DNA of 64,000 nucleotides, the filler included, from Sanchytrium tribonematis (lineage: Eukaryota), in the NCBI GenBank assembly GCA_018985235.1. It is 6 parts of 6 records of this genome, joined end to end, with 100 filler letters (N's around TTAATTAATTAA, not from the genome) between each part and the next. Parts side by side here need not be neighbours in the genome. Positions count along the whole stretch, not along the records: positions 31,788 to 38,483 come from JADGIG010000501.1; positions 38,584 to 45,278 come from JADGIG010000502.1; positions 45,379 to 52,060 come from JADGIG010000505.1; 3 more parts are not named here. One strand, given 5' to 3'. The translations under genes were made by a program, and so were the position numbers. The notes beneath the pieces were generated by a model. It worked only from the letters and a program-made list of their open reading frames with translations, was not told the origin of the DNA and made no database searches. Shown piece by piece: positions 36,142 to 47,869 of this stretch (its first letter is position 1; the number at the start of each line of letters is the position of its first letter).

Positions 36142-38209
36142 ATGAATATTCGGCAATTTCCAACCAGAATTAAATGGTATAATTGCGGACCCACAACTTA
36201 CGATCACAGCCACATTGGTCACGCCAGAAATTATGTCTGTATAGATATCATAAGAAGAATTTTGCTGCACTATAATCATCATATAATTATGCTTCAAAAT
36301 GTCACAGACATTGATGACAAAATTATCAATAGAGGAAGACACATATTTTTAGTTAATTTATTCTGGGCTAAACCCAATAAGGAATCAATGCATTTAGCCC
36401 TTGATAAGTATATTAAAGATTATTTTAATTGCACAAACCAGGAATATCCTGTAAAATCAAATGAAATGCTCAAAATAGCTACTGATATAGAAGAAAAGGC
36501 CAAAATTGAAATGAGGATTGTTGCAGTCAAAAAGTTCCAGGAACATATGAATGGAACAAGCAACTCTGCCAATGATGAAGTGTATGAAAACACATTTGAC
36601 GTACTTGCCTATTATCTTGACTCTGTAGCCACTGAAACTGATTTGAAATCTTATAGTGATGATCACAAGCAATTTACTGATATGAGTAGATATTGGGAAA
36701 ATGAATATAACAAAGATATGGAAACATTAAATGTCATGCCACCTAATATAATAACACGTGCGACAGAATATATTGGACCTATTATCGAACACATCAATTT
36801 GATCAAAAAAAATGGATACGCTTATGAAAAAAACAATAGTGTTTACTTTGATGTGGTAAAGTTTAATAAAGAGCATGGTTACAGCAAATTGGAACCTCAG
36901 CATGTTACAGACACATTTGGGAAAGAAGACACCACTGGTGAGAAAAAGCACCTCGAAGACTTTGCGCTATGGAAAGCAAGTAAAAGTGGAGAACCCTCTT
37001 GGGAATCCCCATTTGGCATTGGTCGACCTGGATGGCATATTGAATGCTCAGCTATGGCTTGTCATTTTTTTAAAACCCTCGATATTCACAGTGGAGGTAT
37101 TGATTTATTGTTTCCTCATCATACCAATGAATGTGCTCAGGCAGAAGCCGCATATTTGCAGAAGTGGTGCGAAAAATTTATCCACATTGGCCATTTGCAT
37201 ATTAAAGGCGCCAAAATGAGCAAAAGTCTAAAAAATTTTATCACTATTAAAGACATGCTTAAAAAGTATACTCCGCAGCAATTTCGATTATTATGTTTAA
37301 TGCAGCCATGGCAAGGTACACTGGATTACCAAGAGGAGACGATGAAAGAAGTTTCAAGTGCTGAAAGCACCATTAAAAACTTTTTATTGAACGTTAAAGC
37401 TAAACTTTTGGAGCGAAATACCTGTATGCCACCCTTTAGCCAACTCGAACTAGATTTTTTAGAAAAAATGCGGATGTTGCAGGAAAGTACAGACAATAAT
37501 TTACAAGAATTAAACACTCACCATGTTATCCAGGATGTACTCAGGATCATAAACGAGGCTAATAGCCATTCTCTGGACGCGAGGATTTTACAATTAATAG
37601 CAGAGTACATTACCCAGATCTTTAAAATTTTGGGACTCATAAATTCCAACTTGAAAGTCGATTACAGCTATCAAGAGTCAAGCGTATTATTATTTAATGT
37701 AGAATGAGGCTGATGTGCTCCCGTTTGCTCAAGTTTTGAGCCAGTTCAGAGATAAGGTTCGGTCTTCCGCAATTGAAAGTAAAGATAAACAACTTTTACA
37801 AATTTGTGACGATCTTAGAGATAAAGATTGCGTAGACATTGGACTCAAATTGGATGATGTTGGTGGTGGAAAGGCGTTGATAAAGCTTGTAAACAAAGAA
37901 GACCTTAAAAAAGAAATGCAAATGAAATTGGAAGCCACTAAACTGAAAGACTTGGAGAGGTTGAAACAGAAAGAAGAAAAGCAAAAAAAAGAATTGGAGA
38001 AATTATTGAAAGGCAAGCTTGCGCCGCACGAATTATTCAGTACAGGAGAGCGGAGTAAAGAATTTTCTAAATGGGATGAAACTGGTTTTCCTACGCATGA
38101 TGCATCAGGTGAAGAGTTGAGCAAGGCTAAAACTAAGAAATTAAAGAAAGAATATGACAATCAATTCAAACTCAACGAAAAATATTTAAATTATTTGAAA
38201 TCTCAATAA
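36142..38209 (+). CDS. CARS: Cysteinyl-tRNA synthetase; exons 36142-37683 and 37703-38209 (682 aa)
   Basis: WYNCGPT, HIGH, DFALWK, GRPGWHIECS and KMSKS; exon 2 carries FRDKVR and CDDLRD. Confidence 0.97.
37684..37702 (+). other. 19-nt spliceosomal intron in CysRS
   Basis: gtattattatttaatgtag; phase 0, gives an in-frame fusion. Confidence 0.92.
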
Positions 38210-38250
38210 AAAGTTTAAAGGAGTCTTGTAACATTAGTACATTGTGACCT

Positions 38251-38483
38251 ATGACAGAAATTCAGACCTTAAACACTACAAAGGTATTTGAAGGAAATTT
38301 GATCAAATTTAAATATTTTTCCAAATCATTGCAGTCAGAAACTAAATTTCAGGTATTTTACCCAGTTGAGTCAAATTCTACATTATTATTTTTAAGCGGG
38401 CTATCTTGCAATGAAGACAACTTCATACAGAAGAGTGGAGTATTAAAATATGCTAGCGATTTCAAAATGGCAGTAGTTGCACG
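38251..38483 (+). CDS. ESD: S-formylglutathione hydrolase (esterase D), 3' truncated
   Basis: FEG..S.SL..KF.VF.P and FLSGLSCNEDNFIQKSG. Confidence 0.9.
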
Positions 38484-38583
38484 NNNNNNNNNNNNNNNNN
38501 NNNNNNNNNNNNNNNNNNNNNNNNNNNTTAATTAATTAANNNNNNNNNNNNNNNNNNNNNNNNNNNNNNNNNNNNNNNNNNNN
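38484..38583. other. Artificial contig-joining spacer
   Basis: N44-TTAATTAATTAA-N44. Confidence 0.98.
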
Positions 38584-38784
38584 TTTCTTGGACCTCATTT
38601 GGCCTTTTATCTGAAAAGTTCTTAAAAGTTGACATAAAAATTAATAACAGATTCTTTATATTTGGTTCTCTAATTTTAGTTTGCCGCTGGGTTGAGGACG
38701 TCTTAAGTCATTTCGCATGAAGTAAGTCTTCATTCGAATATCATAACCAAACTAAAATGTTGATCTTTAAAAGATTTATTAGTA

Positions 38785-40113
38785 CTATTGATTTCTAAGT
38801 TTTTGATGCAATTGTGTTGGTGTGATTCCTTTTGTTTCTGGGACAAATTTCATCATCATAAAGAAAGCAAAAATACCATAAGCAACAAATATCAAGAAAA
38901 TGTAAGATTGGATAATTGATGTCAGTGGGAGAAAGGCAAAAGAAACTATGAAATTGCAACCCCAATTGACTGGATTTGCAACTCCATTTGCGTAATCAAC
39001 AGTTGAGCCGTCAAACAACTCTCCGATTAAAATATAAGGTACAACACACAAACCTAACGAGAATCCAGTCACGATAGATATGAAAAATAAGAAAGCTAAT
39101 ACAGGAGATTGAAAATACAAGCTCAGCATCAATCCTAATTGCGATAAAGTCACCCAAGCTAAACTAGTCAGCATGAGTTTCTTGCGGCCCACTCTTTCAA
39201 TAAAAACACTTGACAAAAAAGTCGTGAAGATATTATACACAGCAATCATTAGAGACCAAAAAAGTGCTTGACTGCCAAATAAACTTTGCAAAATAGACAC
39301 CGAGTAAAAAAATACGATGTTGATACCTGATAACTGGATACTAGAATGGGCCAAAGCTAAGCCCAGCAGCAACTTAGAATACATTCTGTCATTTATAAAT
39401 TGTTTAAAAGTAATCGAGGCTTCATTTGAGTCATGCTGCTTCCAGCCATCCATTTCTTCGGCTACATCTATATTTTTTGGTCTCAATCCTTTTAAAATAG
39501 ATTCTGAGGCTTCCTGATTATCAACAGATTTCATAAATAAATACTTTGGAGACTCTGGCGCGAAATACACAAAAAACACCTGCAAGAAACCTGTAATTAT
39601 TGGAAAACCAACTATAAGTCTCCATTCAGTTGTGCAATAGCCTATCAGTGATGCTATAAATATCCCAATATTAATTGCAAATTGAGAAAAAGTCCCCAAG
39701 ATTCCTCGCATAGCTATTGGAGAAATTTCACTGATGTACACGGGGGTATTAAACAACGCTAATCCACCCCATACACCTACAATAAATCTGCCAATAATAA
39801 GTAATGATAAATAGGAAGAACTGACCATAAAAATAGATCCCAGCATGATAAATAATCCAGATATCATAAGTTGTGCTCTTCTTCCACAATTTGCATATCT
39901 ACAAACTAGCGTACCACAAAATCCGCCTATTGTAAATATAGCAGAAGCTAGAGAATACAATGAGTCGGACATCTCAATACAGTTTGATTGAGAGCTGTTT
40001 TGACATTGTAAAAATTGCTTCGGTGCGTTCAGCTCTGAGAGATGATAGCCAAAGTGGAATGTCCCAACACATGCAGAAAGTACTGAAAATACCAACTTAC
40101 CATTTAAGCTCAT
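38785..40113 (-). CDS. MFS sugar porter (GLUT-like)
   Basis: FHFGYH, GRR, YISEISP..RG, PESPKYL, QLSGIN, ERVGRK and PETKG. Confidence 0.93.
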   Translation of the reverse strand: MSLNGKLVFSVLSACVGTFHFGYHLSELNAPKQFLQCQNSSQSNCIEMSDSLYSLASAIFTIGGFCGTLVCRYANCGRRAQLMISGLFIMLGSIFMVSSSYLSLLIIGRFIVGVWGGLALFNTPVYISEISPIAMRGILGTFSQFAINIGIFIASLIGYCTTEWRLIVGFPIITGFLQVFFVYFAPESPKYLFMKSVDNQEASESILKGLRPKNIDVAEEMDGWKQHDSNEASITFKQFINDRMYSKLLLGLALAHSSIQLSGINIVFFYSVSILQSLFGSQALFWSLMIAVYNIFTTFLSSVFIERVGRKKLMLTSLAWVTLSQLGLMLSLYFQSPVLAFLFFISIVTGFSLGLCVVPYILIGELFDGSTVDYANGVANPVNWGCNFIVSFAFLPLTSIIQSYIFLIFVAYGIFAFFMMMKFVPETKGITPTQLHQKLRNQ

Positions 40114-40355
40114 TAACGGTTGATGACTTGAAGTTGCGTCATCTACCCCGCGAACACCTCGACAATCCGAAAATTATAATGCTGCCCTGAGGCAAGTTTA
40201 CATTAGCCAACCAATAGGGTGTTAGAAATCATGTATAAAGAAATTTGACACTCCAAATTTTAAAACAAATACCAGAACTAGAATTGCGTCAATCGCAAAA
40301 TATCTATTCAGCTGCAAATCTAAAGGTTAGTGATGACAAGATGATAAAAATTTAT

Positions 40356-41243
40356 TCATTTGCAGCTGTCATATTCGCTTTTCAGAGTGTCAACTAAATC
40401 TTTCACTGTGGGTATATCGTAAATATTTACAACTCCATGTCCAGCTGACCATATATCTTTCCATGCCTTAGAGTCTTTCATGTCCAATTTCGAAAAATCC
40501 AATTTTGGATTTTGAAGTGCCTCCAAGTCAATATTATTATTTTCGATCGATTTTCTTAAAAAATTAGCGTGCACACCGGTAAATTTATCACTGAGAACAA
40601 TGGGTAATCTAAACGGCGCAGGTCCAGTTTTTTCGCTGACTATCATTTGTTTGTACTCATCTGAGGCATCGCATTCTTTAGTTGCAATAAATCGGGTTCC
40701 CAAATAAGCATAGTCTGCACCCAAGACTTGACTGGCCTTTATTGCTCGTCCATCTGAGATTGCACCCGCAGCGATCAACGTCCGGTCAAAAAATTTACGA
40801 ATCGCTGGTAGCATCGCAAAAGGACTTAGACTACCTGAATGACCTCCAGCACCACTACATACAGCAATAATACCGTCTACTCCAGCCTCTGAGGCTTTTT
40901 CTGCATGATATAAATTTGCTACGTCATGGAAAACTCTCCCTCCATATGACTGAACCGTTTTAATAACAGATTTGTCTAGCCCAAGAGAAGTAATAACAAT
41001 TGGCACTTTATGCTTCACAATTTTATCGAGATTACCCTGGAGACGCTTGTTAGATTTATGCACAATTAAATTAACGGCGTATTCTGCATTTTTCATTTCT
41101 TTCATCCACGAATCTAATATTTCTTCACTTCTAGCATTCAGTGCAGGAAAGCTGCCAATTATACCTGCTTTACAAGCTGCTTGACACAGCTTCAAATTGC
41201 TGATTAAGAACATAGGCGCACATATCACTGGCAATTTACCCAT
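40356..41243 (-). CDS. Nitronate monooxygenase family flavoprotein, bacterial-like
   Basis: PVICAPMFLIS, GSFPALNAR, AVNLIVH, GAGGH, AAGAISDG, YLGTRFIAT and KAWKDIWSAGHG. Confidence 0.88.
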   Translation of the reverse strand: MGKLPVICAPMFLISNLKLCQAACKAGIIGSFPALNARSEEILDSWMKEMKNAEYAVNLIVHKSNKRLQGNLDKIVKHKVPIVITSLGLDKSVIKTVQSYGGRVFHDVANLYHAEKASEAGVDGIIAVCSGAGGHSGSLSPFAMLPAIRKFFDRTLIAAGAISDGRAIKASQVLGADYAYLGTRFIATKECDASDEYKQMIVSEKTGPAPFRLPIVLSDKFTGVHANFLRKSIENNNIDLEALQNPKLDFSKLDMKDSKAWKDIWSAGHGVVNIYDIPTVKDLVDTLKSEYDSCK

Positions 41244-41375
41244 TTTCAAATGTATGAAAAATTATTTGTTGAAAAAGATTCTTTGTTAAAAATTAATTGC
41301 AAATGTTATGGCAATATTTCCTTTAGATTGATCTCTCAAGTTCATTTGTAATTTCACGGATCACCTCCTTTTTAC

Positions 41376-44300
41376 ATGCCATTTGACCCTGTAGCTTTCA
41401 ACAAAGAAGCTCATGAACATATAACACATGATCAGTTGAAAAATATTACAGCACCTCATATAGATAGTTTCAATGCACTTAATTTTGTCTACAAAAAACA
41501 CCATCTAGGAAGTGAGCCATTGTACATTCAAAATATTCCAAACATTTTGGAGAAAGATTCACTTCTTAAACGAGCCATTGATGATATCAGTAAGCAATCT
41601 ATACTGGACCCAAACGGAAACCTAATTGAATTTGCAATCACTGGTTTTCAATGGGATAAACCTCATGTTCCTCAAAAGTTGGTAAAAGTTGTTGAAAAAA
41701 GACTTTTTCCAAATGAGTGCAGACAAAGAAGAATTACATATAAGAGTTCCTTTAAAATTTCTCTAAATTTGAAAGTAATGGATATTGAAGAAACCATGAC
41801 TCTAGATATGGGTGAGTTCCCCATTATGACCGGTTCTCATCTTTGTCATTTGCATCAAATGAATCCTACAGAACTTATTAGACATCACGAAGATCTTAAT
41901 GAAATGGGTGGCACATTTATTGTAAACGGAAATGAAAAGTTAATCCGGTTATTAATTGCAACAAAACGAAATCATCCTTTTGGACTAATGAGACCTTCCT
42001 TTACCAACAGAGGCAAACTTTACACCGATAAAGCTATTATGATCAGAAGCGTAAAGCCTGATCAAACGTCTTTGACGAATTATTTACATTATTTATCCAA
42101 TGGAGCTTGTAACTTGAGATTTCATTGGCTCAAAGCAGAATATCTGATTCCAGTTGGAGTTGTTTTGAAAGCTTTGACGGGTAACAGCGACTTTAGAATT
42201 TTCAAAGATATAATTTCAGATATTGATGACTCTTACGTAACAAGTCAAATCGAACAAGTTTTGAGGGATATTAAACAATTCCAGGGAAACACTACTGTTG
42301 ATTATTTACAAATTTTGGGCCAAAGATTCAAAGCAGTAATGAATCTACCAGTCTGCACAGATGAGGAAGCTGGCAGAATTATGATTCAGAGATGCGTTTT
42401 GTGTCACCTAGATAATTTTGAGGACAAGTACAACATGTTGATTTTAATGATTAAAAAATTATACGCATTGACAACTGGTGCTTGTCAACCAGATGATATG
42501 GACGCCACTCAAAATCATGAGGTTTTGCTTGGAGGTCATCTTTATGGGGCCATCATCAAGGAGCAACTCGAACAAAACCTTTTAAATATCAAAATTGAAT
42601 GCAACAAATTATTCAAGACAACCGAAACGTCATTCAGTGTTATTAGAAAATTAATTCAAAAGAAAGGACAACTAAATATTGGTAAAAAGTTGGAATATTT
42701 CTTAGCTACTGGTAATTTAATGAGTAAAAGCGGATTGGATCAACTCGCATTGTCGGGATATACAATTGTAGCTGAAAAATTGAATTTTTACAGATACTTG
42801 GCTCATTTTCGATGCATACATAGAGGACAAGTTTTTGCAGATTCCAAATCTACTAGTATGCGTAAATTGAAACCCGAATCTTTCGGATTTCTTTGCTGTG
42901 TTCACACTCCTGACGGTGCACCTTGTGGGTTATTAACGCATTTAACTCATTGTTGCGAAATCATCAATTTTGAAGTTGAGACACTTCCAATTGTACAATT
43001 ACTGAATTCTTTAGGAATGTCATCAAAATTTGTATCAAATTACAACCCTATTTGTCTAGATGGTAAAATTTTAGGTTATGCGTCTCCTGATGAATGTAAA
43101 GCATTTGGAAATCAATTAAGAATCCAAAAATTCAAAGGAAACATACCTCAATCATTAGAAATTGGTTATATTCCAAGTTATCAATTTCCAGGACTATTTT
43201 TATTTACAAATATGGCTAGAATGATACGCCCTGTTCAATATTTAATCGATGATATGCCAACTGATTGGGTTGGTCCTTTTGAACAAGTCTACATTGACAT
43301 TCTTTGTGTTCCAGACACCGATATCAACTCGTTCCTGATTAATGATGAATTAGTAACTATTCCCACTCATAAGGAAACAACTCCAGTGAATATGTTGAGT
43401 ATCGTAGCTAATATGACACCTTATTCTGATTACAATCAATCTCCGAGGAATATGTACCAGTGTCAAATGGGTAAGCAGACATCAGGAACGCCTTGTCTAA
43501 ATCTGGCAAATAGAACAGACAACAAAATGTATCGATTAAATACTGGTCAATCTCCAATTGTGCGTCCTAAAATGTATGATGCATATGGTTTAGATGATTA
43601 CCCACAAGGCACAAATGCTGTTGTGGCAGTTATCAGTTATACAAGTTACGATATGGAGGATGCGATGATTATTAACAAATTTGCGCATGAAAGAGGAATT
43701 GGTGCTTCTACAATCTACAAGACAGAATTTGTAGATTTAAATGATAAATTTAAAGACGGGTCGTATTTCTTCTTTAATACTTCCATTTCCCATTTAGACA
43801 AGGATGGATTACCATTCTTAAATACTTTGTTAAAACAAGGAGATGCACTTTGCAGTTGCATCAATGATTCCACCCATCAAATTCAGACTGTGAAATACAA
43901 GGGAATGGAAGATGCTTATGTGGACCAAGTTAGATTATTAGGAGATGGGATCCATCATTGTACTCAAGTTCAAATTACACTAAGAATCCCAAGACCGACC
44001 ATTACTGGAGATAAATGGTCTTCTAGACATGGTCAGAAAGGTGTGAACAGTCTTAAATATCCATGTGTTGATTTACCATTCTCTGAAAGTGGAATGCAAC
44101 CAGATATTATCATTAACCCAAATGCATTTCCTAGTAGAATGACGATTGGTATGTTTGTAGAGAGTATGGCTGGTAAGGCTGGTGCATTAAATGGAAAATA
44201 CGTTGATGCAACTCCTTTTCAAAAGCAAGATATGGTTGAGACATTTGGATCTCAATTATTAGAAAATGGATATAATTATTTTGGAAATGAAACCATGTAT

Positions 44301-44765
44301 AGTGGAATTACTGGAGAAGAATTGGAAGCTGATATCTATATAGGAGTGGTCTACTATCAAAGATTGAGACATATGGTCAGCGACAAATATCAAGTGAGAA
44401 CCACTGGACCGGTGGATCGATTGACAAAGCAACCCATTAAAGGTAGAAAGAGAAGTGGAGGTATTCGATTTGGAGAAATGGAAAGAGATAGTTTGCTGGC
44501 TCATGGCACTAGCTTCATGCTTCAGGATCGACTTTTGAATTGTTCGGATTTAACGATTGTCCAATTCTGTCAATCTTGCGGTTCATTTTTAAATGTTAGT
44601 GTTCAGTCTAAGAGTCAATATACAGGCAAGCTATCCTGCCAAACATGTGATACTGATGCCCATTTGTGTTGTATCAGCATTCCTTATGTCTTGAAATATT
44701 TTGCAAGCGAGTTGGCCAGTATGAATATCAAAATGAATTTTAAAGTAAGAGAAGCAGTTTATTAA
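41376..44765 (+). CDS. RPA2: RNA polymerase I second-largest subunit
   Basis: APHIDSFN, HTPDGAPCGL, NQSPRNMYQCQM, GDKWSSRHGQKG, RFGEMERD and a C-terminal zinc ribbon. Confidence 0.97.
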   Translation: MPFDPVAFNKEAHEHITHDQLKNITAPHIDSFNALNFVYKKHHLGSEPLYIQNIPNILEKDSLLKRAIDDISKQSILDPNGNLIEFAITGFQWDKPHVPQKLVKVVEKRLFPNECRQRRITYKSSFKISLNLKVMDIEETMTLDMGEFPIMTGSHLCHLHQMNPTELIRHHEDLNEMGGTFIVNGNEKLIRLLIATKRNHPFGLMRPSFTNRGKLYTDKAIMIRSVKPDQTSLTNYLHYLSNGACNLRFHWLKAEYLIPVGVVLKALTGNSDFRIFKDIISDIDDSYVTSQIEQVLRDIKQFQGNTTVDYLQILGQRFKAVMNLPVCTDEEAGRIMIQRCVLCHLDNFEDKYNMLILMIKKLYALTTGACQPDDMDATQNHEVLLGGHLYGAIIKEQLEQNLLNIKIECNKLFKTTETSFSVIRKLIQKKGQLNIGKKLEYFLATGNLMSKSGLDQLALSGYTIVAEKLNFYRYLAHFRCIHRGQVFADSKSTSMRKLKPESFGFLCCVHTPDGAPCGLLTHLTHCCEIINFEVETLPIVQLLNSLGMSSKFVSNYNPICLDGKILGYASPDECKAFGNQLRIQKFKGNIPQSLEIGYIPSYQFPGLFLFTNMARMIRPVQYLIDDMPTDWVGPFEQVYIDILCVPDTDINSFLINDELVTIPTHKETTPVNMLSIVANMTPYSDYNQSPRNMYQCQMGKQTSGTPCLNLANRTDNKMYRLNTGQSPIVRPKMYDAYGLDDYPQGTNAVVAVISYTSYDMEDAMIINKFAHERGIGASTIYKTEFVDLNDKFKDGSYFFFNTSISHLDKDGLPFLNTLLKQGDALCSCINDSTHQIQTVKYKGMEDAYVDQVRLLGDGIHHCTQVQITLRIPRPTITGDKWSSRHGQKGVNSLKYPCVDLPFSESGMQPDIIINPNAFPSRMTIGMFVESMAGKAGALNGKYVDATPFQKQDMVETFGSQLLENGYNYFGNETMYSGITGEELEADIYIGVVYYQRLRHMVSDKYQVRTTGPVDRLTKQPIKGRKRSGGIRFGEMERDSLLAHGTSFMLQDRLLNCSDLTIVQFCQSCGSFLNVSVQSKSQYTGKLSCQTCDTDAHLCCISIPYVLKYFASELASMNIKMNFKVREAVY

Positions 44766-44940
44766 TAAATTAATGAAAAAAATTATCTTTTATTTTGAAG
44801 CAAATTTAGAATAGTTCCAACGTCATTCAATTATCTTTTATAGCCAGCTGCGAATCACATGTGGAACAAAGATGAATAAAGAATTGGAGTATATTGATAA
44901 GATTTTCTGTTTTTTCAAGTTAAAATTTGAATTTACTCCA

Positions 44941-45278
44941 TTAAACATTTGTGTGCCAATCTAATTCGCGCTTGACAGAAATTCTGTGAGCAATTTCTAA
45001 AATATTAAAGTATAAGTTAAGCTGTACACTTTCCTTTGCAACTGAATTTTGAAATGCTAAAGCAGCTTCTTTCTTCAACTTGATAAGATCGAGTTTTGAA
45101 TCAGCCATATCATTCGGAACTGCGTCAAATTGTGAAAATAGAAACTTCAAATCTCTTCCGATATCACAATTTATGGTAAATTCCATACATACTGCAGACC
45201 AGGCTTTCTTGACATCATCATCATTGGATTTTTGTACTTGATTTAAATTAACAAAACTGTATTTTGTCCAAAATTCGT
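44941..45278 (-). CDS. Hypothetical protein, 3' fragment (frame open to the contig edge)
   Basis: The frame has no stop from 45186 up to the spacer at 45279. Confidence 0.5.
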
Positions 45279-45378
45279 NNNNNNNNNNNNNNNNNNNNNN
45301 NNNNNNNNNNNNNNNNNNNNNNTTAATTAATTAANNNNNNNNNNNNNNNNNNNNNNNNNNNNNNNNNNNNNNNNNNNN
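45279..45378. other. Artificial contig-joining spacer
   Basis: N44-TTAATTAATTAA-N44. Confidence 0.98.
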
Positions 45379-45403
45379 TCAATCATCGTACTTTATAGTT
45401 CAT

Positions 45404-46545
45404 TTATTGTGGTGGTGTCGCATTCAACATTTTATATTGAGCAGATAAAAACATCCCTTTAGATTTAGCCATTTTACAAAACCAATCTTTGAAAATGTAA
45501 AATTGAATAAAAATTTGAGCTCTTCCCCCTAAATCAATTAAAATTTACCTGTGGGTCCCAATGTCACCAAAATGGCTTTTGGATCAGATGCACTTTCCGA
45601 TTTCATAGCCTTGTTATTCACTAAAGCAGGAATATTCTTTGCAAGCAATCCAACTTGTGGTCCAATTTGCACGACTGATTTGTATTTAGAGAAATTACAA
45701 CAATCCCCAATTGCAAAGATATTCGGATGATTCTCTACTTGCAAGGTCCCCTTTACTTTCACAAATCCACGATCATCTAAAATATTCAATGGTTTCAAAA
45801 AATCCGTGTTTGGCTTTGAAAATCCAATAGCAGAAATAATCAACCCACATTCAATTTTAACACCTTTATCAGTCACGATATGATACAATCCACTATTCCA
45901 TCCTTTCTCAACTGGATTTGGGATGTAAGTATTCAAATTTGCCACTTTATCACCCAAATGAAAAACAACGCCTTTCTTTACCAATTCTTGCTTCAATTCA
46001 TGACTTAATTTAGGTGAATAGGGTCCAGGGACTAAAGAATCACCAGATGAGACCACTGTAATCTTCTTATGGGGATATTTATGCAATATTTCCCCAATAG
46101 TCTCCAAACTTGTTGCACCAGCACCCACAAATAAAATATTTGTCGTTTCTCGAATCACATTTGACAATTCATTCATAGCAACCAATGACTCTTTCGCAGT
46201 CGATTTAATGGTCTTAAAAGGGGCTGCATAAGACATGCCAGTCGCAATCACCAAAATATCAAAATCAATCTGTTCCCCATTTTGACACACAACTTGCTTC
46301 TCACTCACCTGAGTCGCAATGGTATGCACCACACGTCCCTTGGTAATCAATTGATCAAATGGAATAAACATTTTAGGTGCAAATGTTGGATCTACAACCC
46401 CTCTCACAGATGCCACATTCCAATAATAATGATCTAATTTTGAGATTAATATGATTTCTACCTTGTCTTTTAATGATTTCTGTACTTGTTGAATCACTTG
46501 TACTGCTGCTACTCCACCTCCAATAATCACTAATTTGAGAGCCAT
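45404..46545 (-). CDS. AIF/AMID (FSP1-like) FAD-dependent oxidoreductase; exons 46545-45549 and 45528-45404 (373 aa)
   Basis: IIGGGVAA, LVIATG, VGAGATSLE and IFAIGD; spliced C-terminus TLGPTGG..AKSKGMF. Confidence 0.9.
45529..45548 (-). other. 20-nt spliceosomal intron
   Basis: gtaaattttaattgatttag; removal adds the family-like KSKxxF tail. Confidence 0.85.
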
Positions 46546-46870
46546 GAAAATCTACTTGTTTCGGGGGAATGAACGAGATGATTCGAAATAAACACGTGCT
46601 GGATGTCATGAAATCGACGTCTACATGTGATTGAAATGTAATTGATAAATATTTATTCTTGACAAATTCCGTCTATGTCGTAACCTGTTTTACAGTGATT
46701 AACACATTTTATTATTGCCAATCATAAATTTAAATTAAATGTAATTTGATTGGCAATTGATTCATCAAATATTCTACAAATAGTGAATTCATTGAATGCC
46801 AAATGCCATTTGTTAATCCTTCTCCAAAACCATGTTGTTCATTTTACAATAGATACAAGCATTTATTTCA

Positions 46871-47283
46871 AATCATTTGTGTTATTTCATGGTCATTTAT
46901 AGTCATTCTCACATTAATTATTTTATTTAAGTAAATGTATTTATGAATATTGCCGTGCATTTGTATTATAAATGATTAATTCGCACAAGATATCACAATT
47001 ATTTTTGTTATTCTTGCACAAGGACGTGTTGATTCATTTGATTTGGTAATCATGAAATTAAATACATGATTGGTCAAATATCAATCACTAGTCTGTAAAT
47101 AGTTCTTCCAATGATTTCGTGCGTCTGTATGTCTGCAGTGAATCCAATGTTTTGTGATGCGTGTCATTCGTCTGTAGAGTCACAAAACAAGATCAAATCA
47201 CGTCAAACTACATTTAGAATCATTGCAGTCATTTCATGGTCATTGATAGTCGTATTCACATTAATACTATTTTACAAATAAAT
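46871..47283 (+). repeat. Imperfect direct repeat pair of about 65 nt (46871-46936 and 47218-47283)
   Basis: aatcatt..atttcatggtcattKatagtc..tcacattaat..tatttta..taaat occurs twice, 347 nt apart. Confidence 0.75.
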
Positions 47284-47306
47284 CCCAATATTTTTTAAAA
47301 CTTCAA

Positions 47307-47855
47307 ATGATCTCCTTTGAAATTTACAATGATTTACCAAATCAATTCAAACAAACCAAATTAACAGATAAAACCATTCAAACATATACAAAATGGATTA
47401 GAAGATATATGACATTCTGTGATACAAAGCATTTAGATTATGGCACATCTCATAATAAAATGATGGAAACTGTCAAGGATAAAAAACAACGCATGCAAAT
47501 TAGACGTGCTATTGGGTATTTTTATCAATTTGCAGGGGTTGAAGATGTGAATAATCCATGTAAAATCACTGGATATCAATTGGTAGCAAATCAAGAGAAT
47601 AAACAATATCAATCCTTTTTAAATCAAAAAGAGGATGCAATGCAAGTCATTGATGATAAAATGGATCAAAATAATAGTAAACCCGTTAAACCAGTTGAGC
47701 CAGTCGTGATTAAACCAATACCACAACTTGAAAAAGTCGTGGAAGCATTTGAATTTGATGATGATCACGAGAGTATTCGGCAACAAAAATTAAACATGTA
47801 TAAATATGGAATCAAGAAATTAAGTGAATTAATGCAAATGGTGCATGAATTATAA
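47307..47855 (+). CDS. Protein with an N-terminal tyrosine-recombinase core-binding (SAM-like) domain and no catalytic domain
   Basis: LTDKTIQTYTKWIRRYMTFC..QRMQIRRAIGYFY..NNPC resembles integrase SAM-like N-termini. Confidence 0.55.
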   Translation: MISFEIYNDLPNQFKQTKLTDKTIQTYTKWIRRYMTFCDTKHLDYGTSHNKMMETVKDKKQRMQIRRAIGYFYQFAGVEDVNNPCKITGYQLVANQENKQYQSFLNQKEDAMQVIDDKMDQNNSKPVKPVEPVVIKPIPQLEKVVEAFEFDDDHESIRQQKLNMYKYGIKKLSELMQMVHEL

Positions 47856-47869
47856 ATAAATACAATTTA

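Noticed and set aside
40114..40355. C/D snoRNA or Mig1/CreA site upstream of the sugar transporter
   Set aside because: TGATGA..CTGA lacks a convincing terminal stem or guide, and a single GCGGGG or CCAAT is too short to support a call.
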